A stretch of 64,000 nucleotides of DNA from NCBI RefSeq assembly GCF_963506605.1, contig NC_083288.1, forward strand, positions 48,112,001 to 48,176,000, given 5' to 3'. The notes under the pieces are model-generated. The model had not been told where the DNA came from. It did not search any database and saw only the letters and a program-made list of their open reading frames with translations. The translations under genes and the position numbers were made by a program. The stretch's first letter is position 1. Every line of letters begins with the position of its first letter. Below, piece after piece: positions 1 to 10,817 of the stretch. The DNA is from Zootoca vivipara (taxonomy: Eukaryota).

Positions 1-806
1 GCCAGACCACCGGAATGAAGTGGGTAAATGCCCTTCCCCTTGTCCTCCACAATATACGAAGTTGCCCCAAAGGGAAACTCCGCCTCTCCCCTTACGAACT
101 ACTGTTTGGGAGGCCATCCCCAGTGTACAATACCCAATTCCCCACATCGGAATTAGAAGTAGGGGAGTCTGAATTAACGCAGTATGTAATCCAGCTCCAA
201 AAACAGCTGGTTAATCTTCACAGGTACGCAGCTGGAGCCCAGAATTTACCCCTAGATGAGAACGTCCACTCTTTCCAACCGGGAGACTGGATCCTGACCA
301 GGACTTACCTCAAGGTGCCACTGCAACCCACCTGGGAGGGACCTTATCAGGTACTACTGACTACCCCCACCTCTCTTAAAGTTGCAGAAAAGTCCTCCTG
401 GCTCCACCACACTCGCTGCAAGGCTGTACCCCCACCTACTGATTCACCAGACCCCGACGGGGACCTCCCGATTTTTGCGACACCTGCACCACTAGAAGAG
501 GACGACAGAGACGACGAAGAGGATCAACAGACCGGACCAGCTCGGGGCACGAATCGGGCCCAACAGACCGGACCAGCTCGGGGCACGAATCGGGCCCAAC
601 AGACCGGACCAGCTCGGGGCACGAATCGGGCCCAACAGACCGGACCAGCTCGGGGCACGAATCGGGCCCAACAGACCGGACCAGCAACATTTTCACCTGA
701 GACCTGTTGGACCTCCGAGATCCTTCCAGGACCCGACACTGAGGACCAACCACCCATCCGCCTACGTCTCCGGAGGGAACCTATTTCATCTGACAGCTCC
801 GTTTGA
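1..806 (+). CDS. pol: ERV pol, C-terminal integrase portion (5'-truncated by window edge)
   Basis: Open frame with class I integrase C-terminal motifs (LSPYELLFGRP, FQPGDWIL, WEGPYQVLLTTPTSLKV, WLHHTRCK), followed by an acidic/repeat tail; TGA at 804-806. Confidence 0.93.
   Translation, partial: QTTGMKWVNALPLVLHNIRSCPKGKLRLSPYELLFGRPSPVYNTQFPTSELEVGESELTQYVIQLQKQLVNLHRYAAGAQNLPLDENVHSFQPGDWILTRTYLKVPLQPTWEGPYQVLLTTPTSLKVAEKSSWLHHTRCKAVPPPTDSPDPDGDLPIFATPAPLEEDDRDDEEDQQTGPARGTNRAQQTGPARGTNRAQQTGPARGTNRAQQTGPARGTNRAQQTGPATFSPETCWTSEILPGPDTEDQPPIRLRLRREPISSDSSV
525..685 (+). repeat. 36-bp perfect tandem repeat (~4.5 copies) in the integrase tail, encoding QQTGPARGTNRA
   Basis: Unit CAACAGACCGGACCAGCTCGGGGCACGAATCGGGCC starts at 525, 561, 597 and 633, with a partial copy at 669. 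Confidence 0.97.
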
Positions 807-1033
807 CAGCTCATCTGACAACTTCGTTGACAGCTCACCTCTCCGCTTCGCTTCCCGCTCCGTTTGACAGCTCATCTGACAGCTCACCTCTCCGCTTCGC
901 TTCCCGCTCCGTTTGACAGCTCATCTGACAACTTCGTTGACAGCTCATCTCTCCGCTTCGCTTCCCGCTCCGTTTGACAGCTCATCTGACAGCTCACCTC
1001 TCCGCTTCGCTTCCCGCTCCGTTTGACAGCTCA
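791..1033 (+). repeat. Higher-order tandem repeat (61+49 bp units, twice) between pol and env, rich in TGACAG
   Basis: Units at 796-856, 857-905, 906-966 and 967-1015, partial at 1016-1033. Confidence 0.93.
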
Positions 1034-1073
1034 GCTGGCAGCTTCCCTCTATTGGTGTTCCAACCTTCTCCCC

Positions 1074-3125
1074 ATGCCACCGTCTACTCCACACCCTTTC
1101 TTCCTTTTTCTCCTCTTCAACACCGCCAGCTTTTACACAGCAAGTACGGATACATGGTGCCCAGGACTACACACCAAACACCAATATTTGGACTATGGGA
1201 TTGTGGATATGGTGAGGGAGGGGACCCCAGACCGCTTAGGAGACTTTGACTTCTGCTTACCTGAGACTCGCATCTTGCTACGACATGCCATTCTCCCTAT
1301 TTTGACACCACAAAGCACGTGGGAACTTTTCATCCGTTCCCCAAATTACACGCGTGTTGGGAAATTACTTTTAACCCTCGATGACACCTGGAACAGGGCT
1401 CGCTGTCTTAATGGATCTTACACCCTCTTTGAGGATGGAAGGATCCTTAAACCCTTGAACTGGACTGCACTGGATGGTGACACTTCAGACACAGTTTACA
1501 CTGACCGAAACCATCCCTCTGACCGCCTGCTTTATGGATTCTATTGTCAACGCGTGGACACTTCACCAAAACCCACCATCTTACAAGGAATTTGTTTGCG
1601 ACGCTTCTGCTGTGTCTGGGACATCGGAAAAGCCTCGACCTGGGTGGGAAAAACATATATAGAAGGCTGGTTCCACCCCACTGCTGGCCTCACAGACTCT
1701 AAATGGGACACAACTGGTCCACAAAGGTGTGGAGGTTTGTCCACCAATCTAACCCTTCTCACTCGGCAAGACCCTTTACATCCTGTGGGCACCGCTCCTC
1801 GCCAAAGGGGGGAACTGTTGTCTCCGACTTCTCCCTCTAACAATGATCTCCTCTCCCTCTGGCACTCCAACTCTTATGTACGCCTCATCTCTGAAATAGC
1901 AGGACAAGCAACTACAGACAACTGCTGGGTCTGTGCGCATACCCCAGCCCACCTCCAAAGTGGCATTCCCTTTCTTGGGGTCCCTCTTTCATTGCAACAG
2001 CACCTTTCTGCCAACATATCGTCTTGGAACCTTACCGCAGTAAATCTCACCCACCAATACATTCATTTATCTGGACCTACCAACGGGGACTTATGCCGCA
2101 AATTCAGTGGCGAAGATAGGATGATCGGAGACAGCTCATGTAAGTACACCATTGACATCTCCTTATCAGGCCGAATAACTGTATCGCATAGGGGTGCCTC
2201 TTTTCCCCACCCGGACCTAGCATCCGCTTGGAAACAGATAATGGGGCTACCTGACTCCTGGACCCCCACCCCTATTGCCCGCTGTTTTTTCCGATCGTTT
2301 ATTACAGGGCGTATAAACTCCTGCCTCCAAGGCCTGTTCTGGCTGTGTGGGCATCGTGGTTACGTGTGGGTTAGTCCACATTCTCGCGGTTCCTGCTACC
2401 TTGGCCTAATCTTACCAGGGATTAGAGTGACTCCTGAACTACCCTCGGGTAGGAGACGAAACAGGAGGGAAAAGGACCTCTCTAAATTGTCAAAAGTATC
2501 TGCAAATGGAGAAACATACGGTAGGGCTTTGTTTCCCGCCTACGGAGCAGGCTCCAACCATGTCGATATCCTTAAACTGACTGACATTTTACTAAACTTC
2601 ATGGAGGAGTCCAATGCGGCCACCCAATCTATTCTTACGGAACTCACGGAGGTGAGACAGGTGGCTTTGCAAAATAAATTAGCTTTGGATTTTATATTAG
2701 CATCAACTGGAGGCGTATGCGCTCTTGTAGGATCAGAGTGCTGCACCTACGTCTCTGACCAGACCCTGAATATCACTGGGCATATGAACAATATACACCG
2801 ATTAACGGAGGGACTGAAGGAAATCCAACACGAAGGTCTCTCAGACTCCCACCTCTTCGACTGGTTACCTGGGTCAGCCTGGGTGAAACAACTTTTGGGT
2901 AATGGTCTTATTATACTGATCGCTGTGGTCGCATGCGTCGCTCTATTTTGCTGTGCTATTAATTGTTTCCCCTTGTGTTGTCATGCATGCGGTCCCTGCC
3001 TCCCTACCCCTCACACTCGTCCCCTATTTCATCCAGTCCGGGAACCACAACCTTGGGGCGATCATTCTGAATGCGTAGAAATGGGACCTTTAAGTACTTT
3101 ACAGACTTCAGACTTTTGCATATAA
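1074..3125 (+). CDS. env: Intact gamma-type ERV envelope glycoprotein (~683 aa from ATG 1074)
   Basis: Hydrophobic signal peptide (FFLFLLFNTASF), CWVC motif, furin site RRRNRR, immunosuppressive domain LQNKLALDFILASTGGVC, CX6CC (CALVGSECC), TM helix (LIILIAVVACVALFCC); no internal stops. Confidence 0.95.
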   Translation: MPPSTPHPFFLFLLFNTASFYTASTDTWCPGLHTKHQYLDYGIVDMVREGTPDRLGDFDFCLPETRILLRHAILPILTPQSTWELFIRSPNYTRVGKLLLTLDDTWNRARCLNGSYTLFEDGRILKPLNWTALDGDTSDTVYTDRNHPSDRLLYGFYCQRVDTSPKPTILQGICLRRFCCVWDIGKASTWVGKTYIEGWFHPTAGLTDSKWDTTGPQRCGGLSTNLTLLTRQDPLHPVGTAPRQRGELLSPTSPSNNDLLSLWHSNSYVRLISEIAGQATTDNCWVCAHTPAHLQSGIPFLGVPLSLQQHLSANISSWNLTAVNLTHQYIHLSGPTNGDLCRKFSGEDRMIGDSSCKYTIDISLSGRITVSHRGASFPHPDLASAWKQIMGLPDSWTPTPIARCFFRSFITGRINSCLQGLFWLCGHRGYVWVSPHSRGSCYLGLILPGIRVTPELPSGRRRNRREKDLSKLSKVSANGETYGRALFPAYGAGSNHVDILKLTDILLNFMEESNAATQSILTELTEVRQVALQNKLALDFILASTGGVCALVGSECCTYVSDQTLNITGHMNNIHRLTEGLKEIQHEGLSDSHLFDWLPGSAWVKQLLGNGLIILIAVVACVALFCCAINCFPLCCHACGPCLPTPHTRPLFHPVREPQPWGDHSECVEMGPLSTLQTSDFCI

Positions 3126-3204
3126 GTGTCCATTTCGTCCGTTTGTGTGGAGAAAGGGATCGTGCGGTACCCACCTTCACGATCCTATCTCCAAAGGGGG
3201 GAAC

Positions 3205-4223
3205 TGTTGCAGGAATTACCCCCCCCCAATCTTTCAACACAAAATATAGGTTTACACAGTTCCACAAGCACACCCTCTTTATCACGTAGCCTCCTTTCTT
3301 TTATGGCCCCCCCGTAAATAAGGGCTGGCCGACATTTCGTCCCTCCGGAAGGACGCGCTCGCACTCCTGCTCCCTGCATGGGTAGACCGGATGAAACTAC
3401 TTTGACAGCTCTATCAGCATGTCTCCCGCGTCTGTTCTCCGTCAATTGGTAGACCGGGTGAATCTATTTTGACAGCTTTCTACACTTACCTCAGGTGATT
3501 ACTGACTGGTTTCAAAGTTGCCTGTAACCCAAAGTGTTTGAATGTGTTAACCCATTACTGTCTAGGACAGAATGTTTCCCCACATGCTGCACATCTAGAA
3601 GGAAACACTCACGACTCAGGGTTCTTCTGATTCCATGTTTTATTTTAGCCTATATATTAAACTGTATCAAAGGGGGGATCCTGGGAGGAGGAACAGCCAT
3701 AATCTGGTGAGCGAGACAACACGTACACAGCCTCCTCCCAAACAAGGAAATTCCATCTCCAACTGTGCCAGACAGCCGACCATCTCCTATACAATGGATT
3801 TTCCCTTCATGTGGATTCGGACCAAACCTAAGTCAATGGACAACCATCACCTTCCTGATGGCTACGCATCTCCCTTTGACCTGAGGAAATATAGAAGGGA
3901 GGGGGTGAGAAGGCGCCAGGAACACCTGGCCAGATGCTCGAATTACTACCTCTGAACCCCTCCTTTTTGTGATGTATTAATGATGTATTAGTGACATTTT
4001 AGTGACGTAGACTTGGGGTTGTATCTTGGTGGTGGGGAGCACATAAAAAGGGAAGACCCCTTTTGTTCGGGGTCTCCATCTTGCTTCACTTCGTTGCAGG
4101 TGGGGCCCTGTCGCGACAGTTCATCCTTAATAAAGACCAAGCCTACTGGCTGCTGTTTTGCTCTGATATTTTGGCTGGAGTTTTGTTTTGTCCAAGGGAG
4201 CCCTCAGATTTTTTCCGTTAACA
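3205..4223 (+). mobile_element. 3' LTR of the ERV (5' boundary 3205 or alternatively 3682)
   Basis: Polypurine tract AAAGGGGGGAAC then TGTT at 3205; ends TTAACA at 4223; TATA-like CATAAAAAG ~4042 and AATAAA ~4129. A second PPT-like tract at ~3669 makes the start ambiguous. Confidence 0.75.
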
Positions 4224-4818
4224 GAGTCAAAACTCCTGGAAGTTCCCTTGTTTCTCAGTATTTCTGGCACTCAGCAGGAGTGGATTAAGGCCAGTGAGTC
4301 TCCAATTCCATGGGATCCTTTCAGACACAGAATCTCAGAGCTGATGCTAGAGCCAGAGGGTGTGGCTCAGATCTGTTGCTATTTTTTTTTAGCACACACT
4401 GTCCCAGGGGCTAATCAAAACCAGCCACCCTATTCCTGACCTCAAAATAGATCCGGGGCTTCATTCAGAGAGGTCAGAGACCAGTAATGCCACTTCCATG
4501 GCATCTCTGTGTCCTCCTTTAAAGCACCAACAAATTTATCCAGGCCAGTCTGTGGCTACCAAGCTGGGACTGGTACAGGAAAACAACATTCTGGCCTGTT
4601 CTAGGCCGCTTGCTTACGTCAGTCAGCACTGGAGACACTAAACAGAAACCATAGTACACTAGATAAAGCGGATAAAGTCTTGCTTCACAAGGCTCTGGTG
4701 ACACTGCCCAATTCCAGTCTCACAATGATTACCTCCAATCATCAGCCATAGCCCTCTCTCTCATCAGTCTTCCTGCTAAATTTTACCACTGGCTATTCTG
4801 AACCACCAGTATTATCTC

Positions 4819-4852
4819 TGTTTGTTTGTTTGTTTGTTTGTTTGTTTGTTTG
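4819..4852. repeat. (GTTT)n microsatellite
   Basis: Direct reading. Confidence 0.95.
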
Positions 4853-6736
4853 AATTAATTTATGAATCACTTCACACAAAGCATCCTGAAGTGATTTAAC
4901 AATAAAAACATCAACATATAAATGAAATTTCTAGGCAAATATAGATAAAGGCTGGGATAAAAATCTTCACTTGAAAGGCATGCTGGAAGAGAAACAAGAC
5001 TTCAATCCTTCAACTGTAATTGACAGTCCAATGTTATCTGTTTCCGCAATCCCTCCCGTCTGGTTGTTGTTCTTTACTAATTCCACAGCCTTTGCATTCC
5101 AGTACTGTATTCGATTTCAAAATTTGGCCAAAAGGCCCATTAGTGAGCAGCTCCTCGTTGTTGAGGTCTGGAGGCATAGATTTTTCTTCTTCCCTGCCTC
5201 TCTTTCATATGCACATTTAATCTCTCCCTTTTTAGCTGACTCAGCTGCTGAGTAACTGGCTTTAACTTGATGGATAAACTCCTGCTGAGCTGCTGCAGCT
5301 GGCTTGCATAAGCGCCTCAGCCAAATCCCCTCCCTGGCTGGTGCTTGTCTTTCCCCACCCCCACTCCTGCCCTGGAGCTAGAAAGGAACGAAACTAGTTC
5401 AGGCCTGATTTTTCCAGCAACTGATGTCCTAAAGTAACCTCAGGGAGAACTACCCCTCCTAAATGTCTTTTGAGTTCATGGGGAACACAGCTGCCCACTC
5501 CCCACTGATTAAGATTGGGGCAACTGTGCAGACATCCAAGACAGGACAGGTGGGGGGAACCTGTAGACGGACAGAAATGGCTTAAAGCTTTGGTGGAAAG
5601 AATCTCCTGGCATTTGGGCATTCCTTATACTTTCTGTGTTCCTCACTCTGACCCTTCTAACATTTCCGCTTCTGTCTTGTACTCATTGCATGTGGGGTGC
5701 TTTTAGAGTGAGGCTGCATACACACCATACATTTAAAGCGCCACACACACTCCAAGAATCCTGAGCACTGCACCCCCTCACAGAGCTACATGTCCCAGCC
5801 CCTTAGCAAACTATATTTCCCATAATTATTTGGAGGAGAAATTCCAATGCTGCTTACACAGCCTCTGCTACAGCTGCGGGTAAGGAGCTCTATTTCAGAT
5901 TAGTAGGATGTAAGATGCATACCAAAGGACACTCAATATTAAATTGCAAAAAGTACCCTATTTTAAGAACGTTTGTTGTCATTATTTATATCTTATACCG
6001 TAGCTCACAGTACTTAGAACACAGGTCAAACAGTGATACACCTTTCCAAAAGAGTGAAAGAATTTGTTCTTTCAGTATGCAGGCCAAATGCACATTATTC
6101 CACACATTTGTACCCACTCCAACTCCAAAGAGCTCAGGGTGGCTTACATAGATGTGAGTTAACCTGTTTTAATCTTACAACAACCTTGCAAAGTAGACTA
6201 AGTGTGAGAGAGGGACTGGCCCAAGGTCACCCAGTAAATTTAGTGGGCCAAGCAAAGATGCAAACTTATATCTTTCTGGTCCAAGCATAACAGCCTAGCT
6301 TCAACATCACACGGAATAATATTGGAATAATTACTAAATGTGTAGAAATGGTGAGTTGGCCATAGCTATACATGCCTCTGAGGAATAACTACACATGGTT
6401 TGAAACTCTTGAGGGAGAATCTGCTGTTGGCTAGATCAATTGTAACATAACTCCAGGGTCTTTGAGTAGATAAAAAATGCTTCCAGAATGTCACTATTTG
6501 GGGGTGTGATTCAGTCACATACCAGCAAGTTCAGGTTGCTAAATCATAATTGATTTTTTGGGGGGTGGTTGCAGTAAGGAAAGTGGTGGGGAAATGCACT
6601 GGAAGCTGTGTGATAACTATTGTCTTGGCACAATGTCATCTAACCTCCCTGCAAGGAATTTATAAACTGCCAGTTCAGTCAATCTGAATCAGCCCAATAT
6701 TCATGGCTAAAGGATGGTAGTGGGCTCAGTACTTAC

Positions 6737-6888
6737 AAAGGCAGACCCCAGCGAGCAGTCGCAATCCCGCTTCTGGGGGAAGGCAGGTAGGGAAGAGTGG
6801 CTGTAGTACGTAGTTTGAGAAAGTGAGGGCAATAACAGCCTGGTTGGTGGGGTAGATCACCAGGACAGCAATCCATAACCGCAGGAAC
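6737..6888 (-). CDS. SLC7A8: SLC7A8 (LAT2) coding exon 3
   Basis: 152 nt, AG/GT flanked, encodes [50 protein letters not shown]. No later exon was recognised inside the window, so they presumably lie left of position 1. Confidence 0.96.
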
Positions 6889-7030
6889 CTTGAGAGAAAT
6901 ATTCAAGTGTGAAAGAGTTGGACAATCTGCCTCTTAAAACTCATCCCCTCCTACTTTTAATCCTGCTCCAATTCACCATCACATCCCCAGCCCACCCACT
7001 TACATCCTTATTTCTTCTTTCCTCACTTAC

Positions 7031-7235
7031 CCAGCCAGTCCCCCAAAGATGTCCTTGACATAGGAATAGTCGCCTCCAGATTTGGGGATGGTGACTCCTA
7101 ATTCTGCATAGCAGAGAGCCCCCACGGCTGTGATAAGACCCGTTACAATCCACACAATTAGTGCCAGTCCAACTGAGCCTGCATTCTCCAACACACCCTT
7201 TGGTGACACAAAGATCCCTGATCCAATGATGTTAC
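7031..7235 (-). CDS. SLC7A8: SLC7A8 coding exon 2
   Basis: 205 nt, AG/GT flanked, encodes [28 protein letters not shown]...[18 protein letters not shown]; phases match exons 1 and 3. Confidence 0.97.
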
Positions 7236-8047
7236 CTGGAGAAGAAACAAAGGGGTACAGAGAGATTAGAAATCATAGAGGGAAATGGTGAGAGGGGAGA
7301 CTCTCTCTAGTGCAGAGGCCCTCCAGATGTCATTGGACTCCAACTCCCATCAGCTCTAGCCAGCATGTCCAATGATCAGGGATTTTGGGAACTGGAATGC
7401 AGCAACTTTCAGAGGGCCACAGGCTAGCTACTGCTGTTTGAGTGCAACAAACATTGAAGTTTGAGTTTCAAATGAGTTTGCAGAGTCTAAGATACTGGCC
7501 CGAGAAATGGAATTACCTTCTGTGTCTAATAAGAAAGGTTAACTTAGGGTGACATTTAAATGTCAGCTTCTTCATATATCACCAAATGGAGAACACGCTA
7601 CCTCTTGTACTAATCAAATTCTCTGGTAAGAAGAAATAGAAATATCCATGTTTGTGTTTTAAACTTTTCAGAATGGAAATTGTTTATACCACTTTGTTAT
7701 TTAACCTATTTTCTGTTTCTATAACACCAAAGATGATATATGATATGATATATGATATGATATGATATACCCAGTTTTTAAGGTGAAGAGGAAAGTCTCA
7801 GTCTGAACTTCCAGTCCTGAACTTCCAGAAGTTCAAGACTTCCAGTCCTATTTAAAGGCAACTCATGTTGACTTAACATAAGAATAATAGAAACAAGCAC
7901 TTAATTCTTAGCAAATAGGTTTAGGACTGGGAAGTAATGATCTATTTTTTTTGCTACAGGTGGCCTGATTGCACACATATGCCAAATACTTGCAGATCAT
8001 GTCTCCTGTGTCTGGGGAGGCCACGACTGTATGCTTAGCACCTAGCC

Positions 8048-8183
8048 CAGGCATCCCCAAACTGTGGCCCTCCAGATGTTTTGGACTACAATCTCCATCA
8101 TCCCTGACCACTGGTCCTGTTAGCTAGGGATCATGGGAGTTGTAGGCCAAAACATCTGGAGGGCCACAGTTTGGGGATGCCTG
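8048..8183. mobile_element. 136-bp palindromic hAT-type MITE, TSD ACCTAGCC
   Basis: TIR CAGGCATCCCCAAACT...AGTTTGGGGATGCCTG; perfect 8-bp TSD. Confidence 0.93.
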
Positions 8184-8316
8184 ACCTAGCCTATCTATGA
8201 TTCCAAGCCTTCCATTTTTTGTAGCCTTGCTTTGATTCAACATCTGGCCCCATGGCCAAAACAGGGAGGATACCACTTTTAAAAGCAAACCTATGGCCCT
8301 ATAATTCCATCTGAGG

Positions 8317-8452
8317 CAGGCATCCCCAAACTGTGGCCCTCCAGATGTTTTGGCCTACAACTCCCATGATCCCTAGCTAACAGGACCAGTGGTCAGGGAT
8401 GATGGGGATTGTAGTCCAAAACATCTGGAGGGCCACAGTTTGGGGATGCCTG
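8317..8452. mobile_element. Same hAT MITE family, opposite orientation, TSD ATCTGAGG
   Basis: TIRs and perfect 8-bp TSD. Confidence 0.93.
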
Positions 8453-8622
8453 ATCTGAGGCTTCAATGCATATATAGAGGACATTGTGTGCAAGGGATGA
8501 TCGTCTGTAACCTGGGAGATGTTCCAAAGGCATCACTGGCGATCTCAGTGTGGCACATTTCTCTTTTTGAAAAAGAGCTTTAAAATTATCAAATAAAATT
8601 TCACTGAAATATTCGTCCAGAT

Positions 8623-8758
8623 CAGGCATAGGCAAACTCAGCCTTCCAGATGTTTTGAGACTACAGTTCCCATCATTCCTGACCACTGGTCCTGTTAGCT
8701 AGGGATGATGGGAATTGTAGTCTCAAAACATCTGGAGGGCCGAGTTTGCCTATGCCTG
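8623..8758. mobile_element. hAT MITE subfamily variant (TIR CAGGCATAGGCAAACTC), TSD GTCCAGAT
   Basis: TIRs and perfect 8-bp TSD. Confidence 0.92.
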
Positions 8759-10690
8759 GTCCAGATGAACCAGCTCTTTCCTCCTATATACACCTACCTA
8801 TTATTTATGCATTTGTCCCTGTCACTACATTGCTGGCTGAATACCTCAGAGTGTGCACTGTCCAGCTTTCCATCCTTGTGGACACATTCTGGCTCTTTTC
8901 CCATCACACAGAATCATTCCACTATTTTTCATTAAGAAAATTAAAACTCTGCAGCTGTGAATTGAAGCCAAAGGGCTGGGTGGAGGTGTGGCTAAAAGTA
9001 CCAGCTGCAGGATAGGATTGGGCTGCATTGCTACAGGCCAATGGAAGTGAGAGGGGCCAGAGAATTATACACAAAACTTGAGAAGATGGGGCAGGGGGTG
9101 GCTAAGGGAAGAAAGAGGGATGCGGGAAAGGCTGGAGTGGCTTGAATATGTGGAAAGAAATACAGGAGGAACTGGTTATGTGTCATGGTTTGGGAAAGTG
9201 GAAACTCTCTCTAAGGTGGGCTTTAATGATCCTCCTGATCAAGACAGAACCAAAGAAGCAGGGCAAGGAATACTGAAAAGTGTTGATAGATGACAACTTG
9301 CCATCCTAGGGTGCAGAAATGGAGAGAAAGCATAAAGCAGTGCAGTACACTGTGGAATGGGGGGCAGATGCAGTGGAAGGAGGGCTCAATAAGTAGGTAG
9401 AATTTGGGTGTGAGTGAGGCTTAGACAAGTAGGGAAGCAAGGGTTTTCTCTCTTTCAAAGTGCTTCCTCATCCTCGTCCTCCTCTGTTTGTTCAGTGGTC
9501 TCCTGGCACCTGCTGAAACAAAGCCATCTGGAATGAGACTGATGGAGTTGGAACAAACATGCTCCGAGAGCCAAGTTCCAGCTGCACTGGAGTGGAAAAC
9601 AAACTCCAGTTACTAACTGTTGGGGGAACTGTAAAGGTACAATCTGCTCCCTCATGGCTCTGCTGGCAGCCTTTAAATCAGAAGTCCCCTAGGCCATGGA
9701 ACCCTACATAATTTTATTTGTATGCCGCCTTTCTGTGGTTCAAACCATGCTCACGGAAGCTTACATTAAAAAATGCATAACTAAAATAGTCGTAAACAAT
9801 AAAACAAACATAAAAATACATAACCAAACTGAAAAAATTCCACATAAATTACAAGATACAAAAAACCAAAAGCAACCATCTCCACAACAAAAAACCCCAA
9901 ACCACACGGCAGCTCAAGAGTCTAAGTTGCATCTCCATATGAGGCAGGGACAACTGGAGGACTTCATTACTTACTTTGGCAAGGGGCAGTTCAGAGAAAT
10001 CTTGCCCGCCATGAATTTGCAACCCCATCCAGGGCAATCAGCTGTGTAGTCTCCCATTCTTGCTTGTTCCTGAGATCGATCTCCTTCTGGGCCATGACAG
10101 CAGTACATACAAGCATTCCACACCCACTGCTGAGATGCTAATGTTTTTAGTGTTTTATCAGTGATTGTGTGTGTCCCAAAACATAGAAGGGCTTAGGGTG
10201 GTGTACCACAGCAAAATGTGCTGGGAATTGACCAGGAATCTGGTTATCTCAATGGAGAATGAAACAGGCTGGGGTTAAGAGGAATTCAGTTGGTGGTGCT
10301 GGGAAGACTAGCTCTAAACGGATTGGTGATGTGAACTGACAGCTCTAAGGTATTTATAGAAAGGAGGAAAGGAAGACAAACAGAAAAAAAAAGAAATGGT
10401 GGCTAAAATTAGAAAGGAGCATAAATAAATAAAGAGAAGGAAGGTTTTCATCCCTCATTCTGGTAACTGCAGAATATGAGGTAGAAACTTCCTAGCCAAG
10501 TTGGGGCATGGTGCTAATCACTGCTACAGGAAAGACAGAAGATCCATGGCCATGATAGAGGGTAGTAGCAGGATCTCTGCTTCCTGGGTGATAGGAGAGG
10601 ATGAATATCACCCAATGTTAGACCAATATGAGAAGATAGTATTGTCCAGCTCAGCAGAGAAAATAACATCCCACCAGAGTCTCCACTTAC

Positions 10691-10817
10691 CCACTATAAT
10701 GCCACATGCGCTCATCAGCCCAATCTCTTTCTTGAGTGCAACACCACCTCCTCCTGGTTTATCAGGGCTATCAGAACCCTTCTCGGAACCACCTCGATGA
10801 CGTGCTCCATCCTCCAT
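10691..10817 (-). CDS. SLC7A8: SLC7A8 coding exon 1
   Basis: ATG at 10817 with an upstream in-frame TAG; MEDGARHR...[21 protein letters not shown] matches the LAT2 N-terminus; GTAAGT donor. Confidence 0.96.

Noticed and set aside
525-1033. Tandem repeats as a CRISPR-like array
   Set aside because: No unique spacers, eukaryotic ERV context, no cas genes.
1-7235. Functional link between the ERV env and SLC7A8 as its receptor
   Set aside because: Gammaretroviruses often use SLC transporters as receptors, but the integration site is independent of receptor identity and the sequence offers no evidence.
9455-9520. Exon-like acidic stretch (CQETTEQTEEDEDEEAL) in SLC7A8 intron 1
   Set aside because: Not part of LAT2, ends in a stop, and has no supporting homology.
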